From: Felis catus | Taxonomy: Eukaryota | Assembly (NCBI RefSeq): GCF_018350175.1 | Contig: NC_058368.1 | Span: 189,722,001-189,786,000 of the forward strand | DNA length: 64,000 nucleotides | Direction: 5' to 3' | In this document: positions 59,788 through 64,000 of the stretch, one piece after another | Numbering within the stretch: position 1 is the first letter of the stretch | How the letters are laid out: each line of letters begins with the position of its first letter | Position numbers and translations under genes: made by a program | Notes under the pieces: model-generated | The model's database searches: none | The model's input: only the letters and a program-made list of their open reading frames with translations | Told to the model about the DNA's origin: nothing

Positions 59788-62752
59788 AAGAATTGTTTAG
59801 ATACCACCCACTAGAAACCATAAAACTCACGTGGTAATTCAAGAAAACTGCTAACACACACACAGGAAAGGCAGCTTCCACACTTGAAACCACTTGCAAA
59901 CAAAACAAAAGAAAACTCATGGCACTCCTTTTCTATAACAAGGCGTCACCAGAATAGATATTTCACGTTAAAAAGAGGAAAAAGAAAAGAGTATGTTCTG
60001 AAACTAATCAAATAAACATATCAACAATGAGAGTAGAAGTAACCTCAGCACAAGGAAAGGATTTATAAACAAATTGTGAACCAAACCTTAGTCACTTCCA
60101 GATCTAAACTGAAAGTCCAAGATGCTACAATAATCCACTCACTACCATGAAGACCTACCCTTAGGAAGCACTGGCTGGAATATACCTATATTTTTAAATG
60201 TTTAAAAGAAAAAATACTGCAACACTGCCAATGACAGATTTTAGGGATACCTGCAGGGCCCATGGCCACCACCACCTCCCTTTGTCCTCAGAACTGGCCT
60301 TGGGTCATAGCCCACATGAGGGTGACCGTATCCATCTTCCTCCAGGATAACAACTGTTTGGACCAGGGATCGACCCCTGATAGGTTAAGTTTGGATTCTG
60401 TCATGAAAAGCCATTGAAGTATTTTGTGCAAGTGGTAACATGGTCCAATTTATGATTTGAAAAGATGATGGGGGGACAAATTAAGAAACATTTAGTTCAT
60501 AAGAGATGATTATGGCTGGCATTGGCAATAGAAAAGGAGAAAGGTAAGTTCTAGAGAGCCCCGCAATGTCCACAAGCTGGGGAGAGGAACAAAATGTTTC
60601 TAACGAACCCAAAATGTAGGAAAGACAAGAAGTCTGTGGGGTCGTGAAAGCTAAGAGAGCAGGAAGTTTTGAGAAGGAAGAATTGATCAACCGTGGCTTG
60701 AGAGGTAACAAAGAAGAGCCTGTTTGTGAAGACGACAGCCTTCCTGTTAAGAAGAGATGAGAAGCAGGTCATAGCTGTAAGAGGATGATGTGACAAGAGA
60801 GTAACTATACCATGTTTGTAGCTTCCTACTGCACTTCAAATAAAAATCTGAAAGACCAGGTCCTATCTGGACATACAAGTCACCCCATGACACCCGCAGT
60901 GCCCACAGAGGGACTGGGCTCCTGCCAGAATCGTATCGCTGAAGCAGGAAGGAAAGGGAAGAAAATAATATCAGGACCTAGCTCTCCATCATTTTCTGCT
61001 CTGCCCTCACAACACTGGCAGAGCCCAACCAGAGGCCAGAAGCATGAGAATGTAGGTGATGGAGTCCAGAAAGGGAGGTTAGGAGGCACAGGGCAAGGCA
61101 GAGCAGGCTGGAGAGTGCACTGGGCAGGCAAATAAGCTCATCCTTGTTCACCTCCCCCTCTCATCTTTGATCATTCTCCCCATCTCCCTCAGCCTCACTG
61201 GGCCTTCTTTCATGTCCCGGAACATACCAAGCTGCATCCTACCTTGGGCCTTGGCACAGAGTGTTCTTTCTATCTGGAATACTCTTCCTCTCTCTACCTC
61301 ATTAACTCAGAATCATCTTTCTACCTTCACCTTAAATGTCACTTTCCCAGAGAGGCCTCTCCCGAGAACGAAATATGAATAAAGTATCATTGCCACATTC
61401 TCCCATAGCACCCCATTCTTTTCTTCTTACAGCTTTCATCATTGTTTGAAATGATAGATTTGTGAAGTCTTATTTGCTCTACACCCATCTCCTCCCTCAG
61501 ACTGCAAACTTCACGAGAACAGGAATGGTATCTGTTTTTCACAGTGCAATTCTTGGCAATGGAGTAACTGTCCAAATATATACTTCTTGAAACATTTAAT
61601 GAACCTGTTCTAACACCCTATGCCATGTCACCCATGATCTGTGGACGATAACAGATGTTATTTAATGGGTCCTTGTTATATGTCAAGCAATCTAGTGTGT
61701 CGTCTCATTCATTCTTCACAGCAATGCTATGAGTCAGGGACTCTTATCAATCCTGTTTTCCCAACAAGGGATCCAAGACCCAAGAGGTCCAGTAATTTAG
61801 CCAAAGTCCCAGAGCTACATGGTATGAACCAAGGTCCTGCTGATACCACAGCCAGGGCTCTGACCTCTCCCCCATGTCACACTGCCTCCTTAAATATCTT
61901 GCTGTGGTTTTTCTTTGTTTATATGCCTATCTTCCATATTAGACTTTAAGTTCTGTGGGCAAGAACAGGGTTTAGTTATCTATTTAATCCCATTGCACAT
62001 TGCAGGTGCCCAACAAATGTTGAATGCTGACTCTTTCTCACCAAGAAAACATGCCTTGTACTGACAGACCTCCCCCTTGCCCACCCCTCCAGTCTTTAGT
62101 CACATTCATTTTGCTTATTGAAAAGCAGTGGTCTCTCCATCAGACTCCTTTGATGTCCATTGCAGTGAGCTCTTCCCCTAGAGCACAATTCTTTTGATGA
62201 ATTGATGAAGTCCAAGGACTAGCAGAGCCTCTGTGTGAACTCTGGACACCTGTGGACTTTCCCAAGACACTTGACCTTATCCAGAAAAACCCTGCCTCAG
62301 AAACCCGCCAGCACATCCTTTCTGACATCTGCACCATTCACCCCTGAATGTGACTTGACAATGCAGGATCAGTTCCCACAGTCACAAGCTGCCTCATTGC
62401 TTCAATGACTGTACCTTGGCTTCTTGTGAATAGAGTTTTCAGAGACCTAGACACTAGGAGCAACACATCCACTCTGAGTTTGCCTATGGTCCAGAGACAG
62501 GAGACAGAGCATCCCAGGAGGCAGGGAGATGATTCCAAAGCACTTGTACCTACATCTCACCTCCTGCCAGTGCTTGCATGTTCTTGCAGAAGGACTGCGA
62601 ATGTACTAGCCCTTTGGAGCACCTACCAGGCTTTCTGAGTAGGCCCACCTGAGCCCTGCTGACAGCCCTGAAAGGAGACGGAATTTCAGCCAAAAAGAGC
62701 CCAACTGTCAGCAGAACAGAGTTAGCAAGAGGGTGCCCTGCCACCAGCTTAC

Positions 62753-62872
62753 CTGCTACACAATGCAGCGATCCTCTTAACTCCTTCCTTCTTCATTGCT
62801 TCTTTTTCCTATTATCGCCCATGGTATTCTTTTCTTTTGCTGTTCCCAACTCAATTTTGTGTAATTTAGACC
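62753..62872 (-). other. Candidate 120-nt spliced exon (non-coding or UTR)
   Basis: On the minus strand: CTGAC branch-like motif, 23 uninterrupted pyrimidines, AG, then the exon, then CAG|GTAAGC. There are stops in all three frames. No transcript evidence is available. Confidence 0.35.
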
Positions 62873-63015
62873 CTAAAAAAAGAGAGGGAAGAAAAGGTGT
62901 CAGAGTTACAAAGGACGTCATCTAACTCAGGGCATCCCAAACCCTGGAAAAATCATTTAAGAGTTTTTTTTTTTTTTTAAATACAGATTCATACACCCTA
63001 CTTTAGATCTACAGT

Positions 63016-63497
63016 TGTAAACAACTCTTGCTTTCTCTGCCAAGGCATGGCTTTCTTCTGGGTGCTTCAGAGCACTCTCTTTTTCCCCACTCCATGTGGT
63101 TCTCCTAGGGCCACCGATTCCGTAATAAACACCTCTCTAGAGATGATTGGTCCCACAATTGGTACATAATCCAAACTGGGCTAGTCAGAGTCCTTCCCTG
63201 TGTTCTTAGACTCACTGGATAAAAGACAAAAGTGTCTCTTCCTCTTTGGTTGCCTAACTGAAAAAAATAGAACCCATTCTCCACAGAGTAGTAGCCCGAG
63301 TTCCTGCCAACTAAGAGAAACCTATCTGTAATAGAGGAAAATGAGAATCAGAGAGAGTTCTGACAGTATATGCTAAGTTCCTGAGGCAAATTTTATCTCT
63401 GAATTCCCCAGTTTCCTGTGTCAAAAAACTCCCTTGTTCTGCTTAAGATAGCTTCGAGTTTCTGTCACAAGTGACAGAAAGTATAGAAAATAATATA
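63016..63497 (+). mobile_element. LTR16-like ERVL LTR inserted in a MER5-type element (about 62927-63010 and 63500-63594)
   Basis: GATGATTGGTCC..CCAAACTGGGCTAGTCAGAGTCCTTCCCTG and AGTTCCTGAGG..CTGCTTAAG..GTTTCTGTCAC..AATATA; MER5-like AAATACAGATTC and GAATCAGGAACTC..TTCTGATGTATGGCTAGGTTTAG on the flanks. Confidence 0.65.
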
Positions 63498-64000
63498 CTA
63501 GTGAATCAGGAACTCATGGGGCAGGATTAAAAAACCTGAAATTTTTAAAGATGTCCAGGAATTTCTGATGTATGGCTAGGTTTAGGATACTCTGATAGAA
63601 CAGCCTATCAGTTTATAAGGAAAAAAGCTGAGATCCACATAAGATAAGTGGCTTGATAGTAACAGTAAGGTAGACTCCAGTGAGCACTTTACTACATGTA
63701 CGACCCAGTGTGAAGTGAGTCACATATATGATTTCATTTGTTCTTCAGCAGTCTGCTTTAAGTTTACTATGTCTAGCACATCTATTTGCTGCATACTCTG
63801 TTGGTTTTATCTACAGTTATATATCCACCACCTAGCACAGTACCTAGAACTGTGTATAGTAGGAACTTACTAAATACCTGTTGACTATTGAATACATTTT
63901 ACAGATTAATACAATTACTACTAGTAGTAGTAGTAATAATAGTAGTAGCAGCAGCACTGCTAACATTTACTGAGTGTGTTACGTATGTTACAGATTCTTT

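Overview
This is mammalian genomic DNA, almost certainly from a cat-family (felid) genome, judged by the many tRNA-derived carnivore SINEs of SINEC_Fc type and a carnivore-type L1 3' end. It reads as intergenic or deep-intronic, repeat-rich sequence. I find no intact protein-coding gene, and the supplied ORFs are repeat-derived or of chance length. The one gene-derived feature is a decayed processed pseudogene of cyclophilin A (PPIA) at about 19320-20042. It has its 3' UTR, a poly(A) remnant and a target-site duplication (TSD), and it is inserted into a MER5-type DNA transposon. The rest is layered transposon remains: more than 20 CanSINEs (many with clear TSDs), L1, L2, MIR, MaLR/ERVL/ERV1 solo LTRs and hAT/Tigger DNA elements, with several multi-layer nestings. 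The best second-look items are a 78-bp nested multi-palindrome at 15031-15108, a strongly flanked 120-nt non-coding exon candidate on the minus strand (62753-62872), closely spaced inverted SINE pairs in a SINE cluster at 24.2-28.3 kb, and a few CpG- or motif-enriched unique patches that may be enhancers. I cannot support a new biological system from this sequence. Repeat family names come from recalled consensus sequences and need RepeatMasker/Dfam confirmation.
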